This document shows, in pieces, positions 1-9,212 of a DNA stretch of 64,000 bases (positions are counted from its first letter, which is position 1; each line of letters starts with the position of its first letter). The notes under the pieces are model-generated. The model did not search any database, was not told where the DNA came from, and worked only from the letters and a program-made list of their open reading frames with translations. The DNA is taken from positions 66,290-130,289 of the forward strand of contig JACPKP010000003.1 in NCBI GenBank assembly GCA_016186955.1, in the 5' to 3' direction. The position numbers and the translations under genes are program-made. The stretch is from Candidatus Daviesbacteria bacterium. Its GTDB lineage: Bacteria > Patescibacteriota > Microgenomatia > Daviesbacterales > UBA10151.

Positions 1-1402
1 ATTTTTAGCTTTGACAGCCCATCTAAGTTATGAATTGACATTATCATTGCCTCTGATGGTTTTTGCCTACCAATTACTTATGAAATTTAAAACAGGCAAA
101 TGGCGCTGGAAACTGTCAATACCGTATTTTTTCATAGTTTTAACTTATCTGTTTGTTAAATTTGGGTTAGTACATATGTATGGGGCACAAAAATATTTAG
201 CTGATAACTTTTTACTTACCTGGCTAGTTATGTTAAAAGTTTTTGTTTTATATATAAAACTGCTGGTTTTTCCACTCAACTTATCTATAGATCCGTCTCT
301 TGGACCCGGAATACAGGTACTCCTGGACCCCTTCAGCAATATTAATTATTTAAAATCCCTGACAATTTTTACTCCTGAGATTTTTTTGAGCTTGGTAGTC
401 TTGGTAATAATCATTTTTCTAGGTTTTAAAAACTTTAAGAAAAACCCTTGGGTTATATTCGGGATTGGCTGGTTTTTTATTGCCCTTTCGCCGGTATCCT
501 ATATATTTCCACAAGATGCAGCGTATCAGGAGAGGTATCTTTATATCGCCTCATTTGGGTACACTTTTATTTTATCCTGTTTGATATTTAAAATTTTTTC
601 TTTAAAGAAAAAATTTCTTTGGATAAAATATCTGACTATCTTTTGCTTAATTTTTTACCTGTCTTTTTATCTAACCAGAACATTTTTGAGAAATATGGAT
701 TGGAAGGATTCGGTGACTATGTGGAGAAAAGTTGTTACCCAAATCCCAGATTCTGTTGTGCAAAATTATGTTTATGCAATACATCTTGAGAGTGCGGGGG
801 ATAAATCTTTAGCGTTGGAGCAATACATTAAAGTTATTAACCTGGAGCCCCAATTTATAGATATTTATACAAAGATAGCAGAGATTTATAATGAGCAGGG
901 GAATATAAAAAGGGCTGTTACTTTTTTAAACACAGCCTTATTTTTGGATCCTGGCCATAAATCCAGCAAAGAACTATTAAATTCTATCATCGACAAAAAT
1001 AGTTCAACAGAGGGGATAATTATGACAGAAGGTTGGGTAGGACGGAAGATAGATGGTTTTCTCGTTTTTTATCCGGCAGATTGGAAAATAAATTTGGGAA
1101 AACAGTTTGAATTTAGAAACAGAGCTGGCGATTTTTTTCTACGATTAAAATTTAATGAGTTGGAAAATTTAACTGCAGATGCTTTTGTAAAAAAACAAAA
1201 AGTATCTGCAAAAGTAGAAAAAGAAGGACCGGCAAAGTTACCAAATTTCAATCCCGCATATGTTAGAATTTTACAGGACAATCAGATGCAACTTTTTTTA
1301 TTTAGACGTACAAAAGTTGTTGAGGTATTATTGCTGCCGAAAGATTCACCAGAGATGAAAGTTTTTGAAGAAATGATCGGACTTTTAACCCCGCTTGAGT
1401 AA
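1..1402 (+). CDS. TMTC-like (DUF1736) GT-C membrane glycosyltransferase + TPR + C-terminal PsbP/Mog1-like domain; 5' end outside window
   Basis: Multi-TM ORF with ELTLSLP, ERYLYIASFG and RNMDWKD motifs shared with 5187 and 7004; TPR helices; C-terminal FYPADWK...FEEMI domain. Confidence 0.75.
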   Translation, partial: FLALTAHLSYELTLSLPLMVFAYQLLMKFKTGKWRWKLSIPYFFIVLTYLFVKFGLVHMYGAQKYLADNFLLTWLVMLKVFVLYIKLLVFPLNLSIDPSLGPGIQVLLDPFSNINYLKSLTIFTPEIFLSLVVLVIIIFLGFKNFKKNPWVIFGIGWFFIALSPVSYIFPQDAAYQERYLYIASFGYTFILSCLIFKIFSLKKKFLWIKYLTIFCLIFYLSFYLTRTFLRNMDWKDSVTMWRKVVTQIPDSVVQNYVYAIHLESAGDKSLALEQYIKVINLEPQFIDIYTKIAEIYNEQGNIKRAVTFLNTALFLDPGHKSSKELLNSIIDKNSSTEGIIMTEGWVGRKIDGFLVFYPADWKINLGKQFEFRNRAGDFFLRLKFNELENLTADAFVKKQKVSAKVEKEGPAKLPNFNPAYVRILQDNQMQLFLFRRTKVVEVLLLPKDSPEMKVFEEMIGLLTPLE

Positions 1403-2848
1403 ATGATAAAAATTATTAAAAGATATAAGTTTTGGGTTTTACCCCTTTTCCTATTTATATCCCAGGCGGTGTATACATTTAATTCAATGGGGCAGATTAG
1501 ATACGAAGAGCTTGCTGAATCTGTCAGAAATCCTTTCTGGTTTCAAAACAGATTAATGTTTGACGGATTATCCGGCAGTCTGTCTTGGTATGGTTTTCAG
1601 GCTCTGGTCTATAATATTTTCGGTTTCCATCTATTTGCCGCTAAAGTTATTAGGTTAATACTGGCAGGGATATCGATTTTTTGCCTTGCAGGTATTTTAA
1701 AAAAATATTTAGGCATCAGGAATGGTTTGATACCGCTGCTGGCTATTGGTATCTCACCGACACTTCTTTATTTTAATATTTTACAAACTACATATGGTAT
1801 GGATTTGCAGTTTTTGCCAATATGCCTTTACCTCTTGTCACGGATTTATCAAAACCCTCAAAAAACCTTAAACCATATCTTACTTTGGATGTTAGTTATG
1901 ATTGCCTGGCTTTGCTACCCTAACTTTGTTTTTTATATTCCTGCGTTGGGTGTAGTGGATTATGTTATTTTACGGGGTAGCAAAATACAGAGTAAATCCA
2001 AAAAGGTCTCATTTTCAATTATCGCTTTTTTATCCCCACTGCTGATTGTATTTTTTTATATTAAAAATAGGCAGGATCTGATCTATGATCCGGTTGCCAA
2101 AAGCGGATTATTTAGGGGTGGGGTAAAATCAGGGTTGGACTTTTCTTCTCTTTGGCCGAGTCTGCAGGTGACACTGGGCGATCTTTTTCAAAAGGGGAAC
2201 AGTTATTATTTTGAATTAAAAAATGCTGAATTTTCAGGATATTATCCAATCACTGCCGTTTTACTAGTAGTGGCCGCAAGTTTTTATATTTTTTTTACTT
2301 TAAAAAAAATCAGATTAATTTTAGGGGTTATATATCTGACAGTTTTACTGACAATATTTTTAGGGCACAGCGCCGGAGACAGTGTATTTTCGGGCATCCG
2401 CAGGGCTACACCTCTTCTGGTTTCTTTTTACATACTTTATTCAATAGTCTGGTCATTTATATTGAAACTTAAGATAAAAATGAAGTTTTTAAAGTTTTCT
2501 CTGGTCTGCCTTTTGCTGCTTTTACCCCTTCACCACTTGCTGGTATATCCGGAAAACCTCTTATTTTTAAAAAGATATAGCCCTTATAGGAACCAGGGAT
2601 GGTTTGCAGTTGGTTCCTCTCCGGAGAAATCCCTTGATATTTTAGTTAGCCAGGTGCAAAAAGATGACTTGAAATTGGCATGTAAAGATAACAAAGGTCA
2701 AACAAACCTTTGTAGATATCAAGAAGTTTATGCAGCTGTTGCAGGGTCATGTTTGTGGAACAGATTGGAGTGTCATAAAATTTTAGGGTATGATGAAAGA
2801 ACTAAAAAAATGATCCCATTGTCGGTTGAACTTCTAGATCCCGATTAA
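1403..2848 (+). CDS. GT-C (PMT/ArnT-like) membrane glycosyltransferase
   Basis: Multi-TM; acidic QIRYEELAESVRN motif after TM1; Cys-containing C-terminal domain; paralog of 3566..5005. Confidence 0.6.
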   Translation: MIKIIKRYKFWVLPLFLFISQAVYTFNSMGQIRYEELAESVRNPFWFQNRLMFDGLSGSLSWYGFQALVYNIFGFHLFAAKVIRLILAGISIFCLAGILKKYLGIRNGLIPLLAIGISPTLLYFNILQTTYGMDLQFLPICLYLLSRIYQNPQKTLNHILLWMLVMIAWLCYPNFVFYIPALGVVDYVILRGSKIQSKSKKVSFSIIAFLSPLLIVFFYIKNRQDLIYDPVAKSGLFRGGVKSGLDFSSLWPSLQVTLGDLFQKGNSYYFELKNAEFSGYYPITAVLLVVAASFYIFFTLKKIRLILGVIYLTVLLTIFLGHSAGDSVFSGIRRATPLLVSFYILYSIVWSFILKLKIKMKFLKFSLVCLLLLLPLHHLLVYPENLLFLKRYSPYRNQGWFAVGSSPEKSLDILVSQVQKDDLKLACKDNKGQTNLCRYQEVYAAVAGSCLWNRLECHKILGYDERTKKMIPLSVELLDPD

Positions 2849-3522
2849 AGTTTTTTTTGTGCAATAGCAATTATAGATAAACCAAAATTCAAGGGAACCG
2901 TTTTATCTAGGAAATCTAAACATGGAACAAGCTTATTAATAAGCCAAGTTTGGTGTTGAGGAAGACCCTTTCTTTTTAAAAGTTTACTGTTAACAAACCA
3001 ACCCAAGGCGCCTAGCTTATTAATATAAAATATTTTTTTTATTTTAAAGTTTGTTTTGACTAATTTATTTGATATCTCTTTTTTGGAGTATCTTCTAAAA
3101 TGGCCCACCCTTTTATCATAAGATCCATATAAAAAATTATGTGCAGGAGCAAGCAGTATGAGAATACCCTTATCCTTCAGCAATTTAGAAATATTGATTA
3201 ATACTTTCATATCATCTCGGGTATGTTCGACAACATTTACAGCAACGATAGTCTGAAATTTTTTGTTTATTTTACATGGTTTAGTTATATCCAAAAATAA
3301 AGGCTGTTTTGAAAACTGTTTAAGTTTTTTGATATATTTTTTATTAATCTCAGAAGGAGTAACATTGAAACCGGTAGATATTAATATCGAGGTAATAGTG
3401 CCAATACCGCTTCCGATTTCCAAAACGTCATTTTTTATAAAGTTTTTAAACTTAGAAACAAGCCAAAGGTTGTAAGCATTAAGCCCTGAAAGTGTTTCTA
3501 ACGCTTGTATCTGCAAATCCAT
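2845..3522 (-). CDS. Class I SAM-dependent methyltransferase
   Basis: VLEIGSGIG motif I, NVVEH, GHFRRY; start probably MDLQIQ, which avoids overlap with the divergent gene. Confidence 0.85.
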   Translation of the reverse strand: MDLQIQALETLSGLNAYNLWLVSKFKNFIKNDVLEIGSGIGTITSILISTGFNVTPSEINKKYIKKLKQFSKQPLFLDITKPCKINKKFQTIVAVNVVEHTRDDMKVLINISKLLKDKGILILLAPAHNFLYGSYDKRVGHFRRYSKKEISNKLVKTNFKIKKIFYINKLGALGWFVNSKLLKRKGLPQHQTWLINKLVPCLDFLDKTVPLNFGLSIIAIAQKKL

Positions 3523-3565
3523 AAATTGATATTTATTTTTTGCTAATATATCATTTCCATCATCA

Positions 3566-5005
3566 ATGCAAAAGAGGTTCAAGGGTTGGTATTGGTTTTT
3601 GGTTTTGATTTTATTTGGTTTTCAGACAATTTTTATTTTTAACTCTTTGGACCAGATACGTTATGAAGAATTAGCAGAATCTGTAAGGAACCCTTTTTGG
3701 TTTCAGAATAGGCTGATATACGATGGCACCTCCGGTAGTATCTTTTGGTATGGAATTTTAGCATCCGTTTACAATATTTTTGGGTTTAGTTTATTCACTG
3801 CCAAATTCGTCAGGTTATTTTTATATCTAATATCGCTGTTGTCGCTGGCAGCTTTATTAAAAAAATATTTTGGAGTAAAAAAAGCTGTAATCCCTCTTAT
3901 AACAATAGGGTTTTCACCGACTCTGCTGTATTTTAATACAATACAAACCATAGGAATTGACTTGGTATGGCTGCCGATATCCCTGTATCTGCTTAGTCGA
4001 ATAGATTTTAAGAAGGGTGCTTTTACACAAATTTTATTTTGGGTGATTTTAATGTTTTCCTGGCTTTCTTATCCTACTGTTATTTTTTATACCCCTGCGC
4101 TAGTTCTCATATATGGATATAAATTATTTAAAACAAAAGCAGCAATACTAAAAAATGTTTTGATAAGTACAGCAACATTTTTTATGCCTCTAATTTTAAC
4201 CTTTATTTACATCACAAACAGAGAATGGATGATATACGACCCGCACCTTAGAAACGGTTTGTTTAGGGGTGCAGGACTGTTGCAGTTTGACGGCGGGTTT
4301 TTCTTTAGAAATCTTAATATCTTGAGTATGAATTTATTTGACCGGGCTTGGGGTTATTATTTTGAGCTTTCTAATGTTGAATTTTCACATATTTTGCCGA
4401 TGTTTTCTATTGGTTTAATTTTTTACATAGCTGTTAAGGTTTTTTTCATCAGCCCAAAACTTCGCTTCTGGGTTTTTTTGGCATTTATAACACTTATTCT
4501 AAACATTGTTGTGATAAGTTTTTCAATAGATCCTAATCTTGGAATCAGACGGTACACCCCAGTTATCGCTTCAATTTATGTACTGTTTATAATCTGCTGG
4601 GTATATACCAGAGATCTTCAAAAAAACAACCAGTTCCGTCTTATCACAACCTTAATGCTGATTATTATACCTGCCCACCATATATTAAGCTTTCCTGTTA
4701 ACTTAGTTCATTTAAAAGATCCAAGTTATTTTCGGGAAATGGTTTGGTTTAACAGATCAGAGACTCCCCAGAAATCCCTTGATCTGGCAGTCCAGGAGGT
4801 GCAGCAACATGATTTAGATCTGATCTGTTTGGATCAAAAAAATCAGCCCTATCCTTGCAGATATAGCGAAATTTATGCTGCAGTGGCAGGTTCTTGTTTA
4901 TGGAACAGACTGCAATGCCATAAAATTTTAGGTTATGATTTCAAAACAAAAAATTTTATTCCCCTTTCCGTTGAACTCTGGAATACTTACTACTTCGGGC
5001 ATTAG
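3566..5005 (+). CDS. GT-C (PMT/ArnT-like) membrane glycosyltransferase, paralog of 1403..2848
   Basis: Same QIRYEELAESVRNPFWFQNRL and CRYxExYAAVAGSCLWNRLxCHKILGYD motifs. Confidence 0.6.
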   Translation: MQKRFKGWYWFLVLILFGFQTIFIFNSLDQIRYEELAESVRNPFWFQNRLIYDGTSGSIFWYGILASVYNIFGFSLFTAKFVRLFLYLISLLSLAALLKKYFGVKKAVIPLITIGFSPTLLYFNTIQTIGIDLVWLPISLYLLSRIDFKKGAFTQILFWVILMFSWLSYPTVIFYTPALVLIYGYKLFKTKAAILKNVLISTATFFMPLILTFIYITNREWMIYDPHLRNGLFRGAGLLQFDGGFFFRNLNILSMNLFDRAWGYYFELSNVEFSHILPMFSIGLIFYIAVKVFFISPKLRFWVFLAFITLILNIVVISFSIDPNLGIRRYTPVIASIYVLFIICWVYTRDLQKNNQFRLITTLMLIIIPAHHILSFPVNLVHLKDPSYFREMVWFNRSETPQKSLDLAVQEVQQHDLDLICLDQKNQPYPCRYSEIYAAVAGSCLWNRLQCHKILGYDFKTKNFIPLSVELWNTYYFGH

Positions 5006-5069
5006 CTCGAAGCAAGCTTGCTTATTTCGAGCATTAGCAAGAAACAAATTTGTTTATTTTGGACACTAA
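4991..5069. repeat. 2.5 copies of a 32-bp unit: gene 3' end (YFGH*/YFEH*/YFGH*) plus a 14-bp perfect palindrome
   Basis: tacttcgggcattag / tatttcgagcattag / tattttggacactaa at 32-bp spacing, separated by AAGCAAGCTTGCTT and AAACAAATTTGTTT. Confidence 0.8.
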
Positions 5070-5185
5070 ATTTAATTTACAATTTATAGTTTGCAATTTA
5101 CAATGAATTTTCAGTTACACAATTTTTAAACTATTGATACATTATAAATTCAATGAAAATTAGAAATTAAAAATTGAAAATTATC
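5070..5185. repeat. AT-rich heptamer-periodic imperfect inverted repeat
   Basis: AATTTAC/AATTTTC-type units, then GAAAATT-type units; shares aaattcaatgaaaa with 12385..12500. Confidence 0.65.
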
Positions 5186-5186
5186 A

Positions 5187-6965
5187 ATGATGTTAAAAAA
5201 ATTAAAATCACAAAAAGTTCAACTTCTGATAATTATTATTTTAACCTTTCTTGCTTATTCAAATATCTTCACCAACCACCTTGTTATAGATGACCAGTTT
5301 TTTATCAAAGAATGGCCCCAGATGCAAAACTTTGATGTTGGTGTATTGCTTGGTGGTTCACTTCCTGCAAAGGCCAGCGGGGTCTACCGGCCGATCAGAA
5401 GCTTACTTTATGCATTTTATTACCAGATAGGAGGGGAGAATACATTCATTTATCATCTACACTCAATCCTCGTCCACCTGGCAGCAACATTGTTAGTCTA
5501 TTTTATAACCAGGCAGCTCATTCTCACCCCGGGGGTGAAAAACTTGAGATTACACCCCCGGGGTGGTCACTGGTTGGCTTTTTTAACTGCCCTTCTTTTC
5601 GGCCTGCACCCAATCCATACAGAAGAAATTACATATATCTCAGCCAGCATGGATGCAACAGGGATTGTGTTTTTGTTGGCCTCATTTTACCTGTATATGC
5701 GCTCGCAATTCACCCCGGGGGTGAAAAAAATGCAGCTACACCCCCGGGGTGTAGTCTTGGGAGGTTCAATAGCTTTCGCATTACTGGCATTTTTCACAAA
5801 CGAATTAACGCTGATACTGCCAGTACTCATCATTTTATATGAGATCTATTTTGGCAAAATTGCAGCCTCATCAATAAGATTGCCACGTCCTCCGATGGAC
5901 ATCGGAGTCCTCGCAATGACAATGTTTTACTTTGGTTTAACTGCTTTCTATATGTTTGTGAGGTTTTTTGTGGTCCAAGTTCCATTCAGCAGGGGGGATT
6001 ATCTGGCCCAAAGTTTTTACCATACTATGTTGGTGATGCCGGGAATCGTTTTGAAGTATATTTATCTTCTTGTTGTTCCTTTAAAACTTTCTTTTTACCA
6101 CACTCTTGCTCCTGGCTTTGAAAATTATATGGTGGCTTACACTCGTTTTGATTCAATTTTAAAAAAGTCATTTTTTGATGCTGATGTTTTATTGTCCCTG
6201 GTAGGATTGATTGGACTGATAGGACTTATTTTCTGGTTTTTCCAAAAAAACCGGTTGGTTAGTTTTTGTCTGGCCTGGTTTTTTATCACAATGTTACCAG
6301 TCTCATACATTATACCAGTTGGCCCGGCAATTTCTGAAAGATATCTATATTTGGCTTCCTTTGGGTTTTGTTTATTGGCAGGCTATCTGATGATAAAAAT
6401 TTCTAATTTCAAATTTCTAATTTCAAATTTCAAACTCCTTTTTTTAACTTTTAACTTTTTACTTTTAACTTTTTACTTTTACCAGACTTATCAACGCAAC
6501 TGGGATTGGCAGGATATACCCTCTCTTTACAAAAGCACATTAAGGGTTTATCAGAAGAGCCTAATTGCCAGCTATCATCTGGCTGTTTATTACTCAAATA
6601 ACCAACAATTTGCATTGGCAGTTCCTGCTTACCAGAAAGTATTAAGCATAGAGCCGGATTTTTATGAAGCCCATGCTAATTTAGGGAGCGCCTATTTTAA
6701 TTTAGGCCTGAAAGATGAGGCAGGGATCCAATACCAAAGGGCATTAAGCATTAATCCAAATTTTTTAGATGCCTATTTAGGTTTAGCATCTGTTTACAAA
6801 CAACAAGGAAAATCTAAAACTGCGGTGGAAATGTTAAAAAAAGGTTTAGATATTGATCCTGGAAAATACAAAACTTTAGGAGTGTTAAAAAGCCCGGAGG
6901 AGATCAATATTAAACTGGCTGGTATCCGTAAAATGCTAAAGGAGTTGCAAACTCCAACCCATTGA
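5187..6965 (+). CDS. TMTC-like O-mannosyltransferase homolog + TPRs, carrying five in-frame repeat elements
   Basis: VIDD, YRPIR, LFGLHPIHTE, SERYLYLASFG, RNWDW motifs; C-terminal TPRs (AHANLGSAY, AYLGLASVY). Confidence 0.8.
   Translation: MMLKKLKSQKVQLLIIIILTFLAYSNIFTNHLVIDDQFFIKEWPQMQNFDVGVLLGGSLPAKASGVYRPIRSLLYAFYYQIGGENTFIYHLHSILVHLAATLLVYFITRQLILTPGVKNLRLHPRGGHWLAFLTALLFGLHPIHTEEITYISASMDATGIVFLLASFYLYMRSQFTPGVKKMQLHPRGVVLGGSIAFALLAFFTNELTLILPVLIILYEIYFGKIAASSIRLPRPPMDIGVLAMTMFYFGLTAFYMFVRFFVVQVPFSRGDYLAQSFYHTMLVMPGIVLKYIYLLVVPLKLSFYHTLAPGFENYMVAYTRFDSILKKSFFDADVLLSLVGLIGLIGLIFWFFQKNRLVSFCLAWFFITMLPVSYIIPVGPAISERYLYLASFGFCLLAGYLMIKISNFKFLISNFKLLFLTFNFLLLTFYFYQTYQRNWDWQDIPSLYKSTLRVYQKSLIASYHLAVYYSNNQQFALAVPAYQKVLSIEPDFYEAHANLGSAYFNLGLKDEAGIQYQRALSINPNFLDAYLGLASVYKQQGKSKTAVEMLKKGLDIDPGKYKTLGVLKSPEEINIKLAGIRKMLKELQTPTH
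5525..5565. repeat. 41-bp REP-like inverted-repeat element, in frame (TPGVKNLRLHPRG)
   Basis: CACCCCGGGGGTG-N15-CACCCCCGGGGTG; the arms are exact reverse complements. Confidence 0.85.
5711..5751. repeat. Second copy of the 41-bp element, in frame (TPGVKKMQLHPRGV)
   Basis: Identical arms, different 15-nt spacer. Confidence 0.85.
5877..5920. repeat. GATTGC...CTCGCAATGAC palindromic element, in frame (RLPRPPMDIGVLAMT)
   Basis: Same ends as 9152..9192 and 61108..61137; inner hairpin CTCCGATG-ga-CATCGGAG. Confidence 0.8.
6398..6481. repeat. Twelve-unit heptamer tract in coding sequence
   Basis: (AATTTCW)x5, two degenerate units, (ACTTTTW)x5 = 84 nt; encodes ISNFKFLISNFKLLFLTFNFLLLTFYF. Confidence 0.85.
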
Positions 6966-7003
6966 TTACTCAACTTCTACTGTGATATTCTCAGCTCATC
7001 GCT

Positions 7004-9091
7004 ATGGAGCAAGTTTTCAAATATCTGGATAAAAATAAGTATTTGGGGCTTGTTATTGTTTTGGTGGCTACTTTTTTAGTTTATGCAAACTCACTCCAAA
7101 ATGGGTTTGTAATTGAAGATGATATTTATATCAAAAATTGGTCTCTCACCCAAAGCCTTGCCAACATCCCAAAAATGTTTGGCGGGGATACTGCCCCAAC
7201 CGGGAATTATGGCATCTACAGGCCATTGCGGGGGGTATTTTATGCAATCAGTTATGCAATGTGGGGCGCTTCTAACCCTTTAATCTATCATACTCAGGCA
7301 TTATTGGTGCATCTTATCATCACCGGGCTAGTATTTTTGATAGCCCTGCAGGTTTTTAAAAAACCTTACCTGGCTACCCTGGCAGGTCTTTTGTTCGGCC
7401 TTCATCCTATTCATACAGAACCGGTCGATTACCTGACCGCTAATTTTGATGCAGTCTCCTACATCTTTTTTTTCGGTTCGCTTTACTTTTACTTAAAGAG
7501 TCTAAAACTGCCAAAATTTGATATCAACTATTACCTGTCTTTAGCCCTGGCAACATTGGGGTTTTTCTATTTCGAAATGACTTTAACACTGCCGTTTCTG
7601 GTACTTGCCTATGATTTTTGTTTCAGAAGAAAGATGTTTAAAAAATGGGAGGATACTTTAAAAATATACGGGCCTTATTTTTTCGCAGCAGGAGTTTTTC
7701 TGTTTATAAGAATTGTTTTACTCAATATGACTGTCAGGGGGGAATATTTAGGGGGAAGTTTTTATCTGACCATGCTCACCATGGTTAAAGTGATAGTAAA
7801 ATACCTATATCTTTTGATCTTTCCCCTTAACCTCTCAATTAACCCCCAGATTGCAGACGGCATTTATTCCTGGGTTCACCCTCTTGCTAGGATGGACAAA
7901 ATTCTTTCTCAGTCAATTTTTAATCCGGATATCTTGGCAAGATTGGGGTTGCTAGGCGGACTTTTTTATGCTGCGTATTTTTTTTACAAAAAACTGCCTA
8001 TGGTTCCGTTTTGTATCTTCTGGTTTTTTATCTCAATTTTGCCAATCTCCTATATCATCCCGCAGGGGCCAATTATGCAGGAAAGATATATCTATACCGC
8101 CTCGTTTGGGTTTGTCATGCTTTTGGTATATCTTTTTGATTATCTGCAACACCATGATTTCAGTAAAAACAAAAAAAGATCAAAAGAGGTCCGTGAAATC
8201 CTGCAGCCTGCACTGGTTACGTTACTTATTATAACCCTATCTTTTTATGCCTTCAGGACATTTACCAGAAACAGGGATTGGAAAGACTCTTTTGCGGTTT
8301 GGTCAACTTTAGCAAAAGAGTCTCCGCAGGATGTGATAGCAAACTTTTACACAGCCAACCTTTATGCCCAAAATAATATGGATGATTTGGCAACGCAGTA
8401 TTATAACAAGGCGCTGTCAGTGGAATATAAACTTCATGAAGCGCATTTTGCTTTAGGAAAAATAGCCTTCAAGCAGGGCAATTTTGACTCTGCGGCCACT
8501 AAATTTTATCAAACCCTTGCTATAAACCCAAACTTTACTCCGGCTCTTGAAGGTTTAGACCTGATAAACAAGGAAGCAACCGCAGAAGGAAAACTGAACA
8601 AGGAAAATATCTGGAAAGAATGCACCCTGCAGCAACAGTCTGAAATTACACTTATTTTTTCCTGTCCAACTACTTGGAAGATGATCAAAACTAAGCAAGG
8701 TTTAACCCTGAAAGATACGAAGGGCGAATTCCATATAGAGATGAGTTTGGACAGCGCCCAAGGCGAACCCAATTTGGATGAATATCTTGCCAAGCAAACA
8801 GATACATATGGTAATTTAGTCAACCAGGGCCTTGCCAATTTCCTGAATTTTGACGCAGCTGCAGTCAAAGTATGGGAGGAACCAGCAGAAGAGGCGACCC
8901 AGCCCAAAAAAACCCAGAAGAAAGATGGGGGAGAACAAACCCAGCCTGAACAAAATTTGCAAAAATTACAGTTCTTCCTTTTTAAAGGAAGTAATGTTAT
9001 TAAAATACTTGTTTACCCCTCAAACTCTCCTTTAATGCCTAAATTTGAAAGGTTAGTCAGCTCTATCAAAGAAGTTGAGAAAGCTCCCTAG
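7004..9091 (+). CDS. TMTC-like GT-C + TPR + PsbP-like domain
   Basis: VIEDD, YRPLR, FGLHPIHTE, QERYIY, RNRDWKD; TPRs; FSCPTTWK...FERLVSSIK C-terminal domain. Confidence 0.8.
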   Translation: MEQVFKYLDKNKYLGLVIVLVATFLVYANSLQNGFVIEDDIYIKNWSLTQSLANIPKMFGGDTAPTGNYGIYRPLRGVFYAISYAMWGASNPLIYHTQALLVHLIITGLVFLIALQVFKKPYLATLAGLLFGLHPIHTEPVDYLTANFDAVSYIFFFGSLYFYLKSLKLPKFDINYYLSLALATLGFFYFEMTLTLPFLVLAYDFCFRRKMFKKWEDTLKIYGPYFFAAGVFLFIRIVLLNMTVRGEYLGGSFYLTMLTMVKVIVKYLYLLIFPLNLSINPQIADGIYSWVHPLARMDKILSQSIFNPDILARLGLLGGLFYAAYFFYKKLPMVPFCIFWFFISILPISYIIPQGPIMQERYIYTASFGFVMLLVYLFDYLQHHDFSKNKKRSKEVREILQPALVTLLIITLSFYAFRTFTRNRDWKDSFAVWSTLAKESPQDVIANFYTANLYAQNNMDDLATQYYNKALSVEYKLHEAHFALGKIAFKQGNFDSAATKFYQTLAINPNFTPALEGLDLINKEATAEGKLNKENIWKECTLQQQSEITLIFSCPTTWKMIKTKQGLTLKDTKGEFHIEMSLDSAQGEPNLDEYLAKQTDTYGNLVNQGLANFLNFDAAAVKVWEEPAEEATQPKKTQKKDGGEQTQPEQNLQKLQFFLFKGSNVIKILVYPSNSPLMPKFERLVSSIKEVEKAP

Positions 9092-9212
9092 AAGCTATTT
9101 CAAAACGTCATCGCGAGCGACCGGGGGGAGCATAGCGATCTTACTTCAATCAGATTGCTACGTCACTCGCTGCGCTCGTTTCTCGCAATGACATCGGGTT
9201 TTGAAATGGGCT
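9092..9212. mobile_element. 121-bp MITE-like element with imperfect TIRs, flanked by CTAG, enclosing an inverted REP/RPE-like pair
   Basis: Left AAGCTATTTCAAAAC, right GTTTTGAAATGGGCT (12/15 complementary); CTAG at 9088-9091 and 9213-9216; inner GTCATCGCGAG...GCGATC and GATTGC...CTCGCAATGAC. Confidence 0.7.

Noticed and set aside
4991-5069. Mini CRISPR array
   Set aside because: 32-bp tandem units with no unique spacers, and no cas genes.
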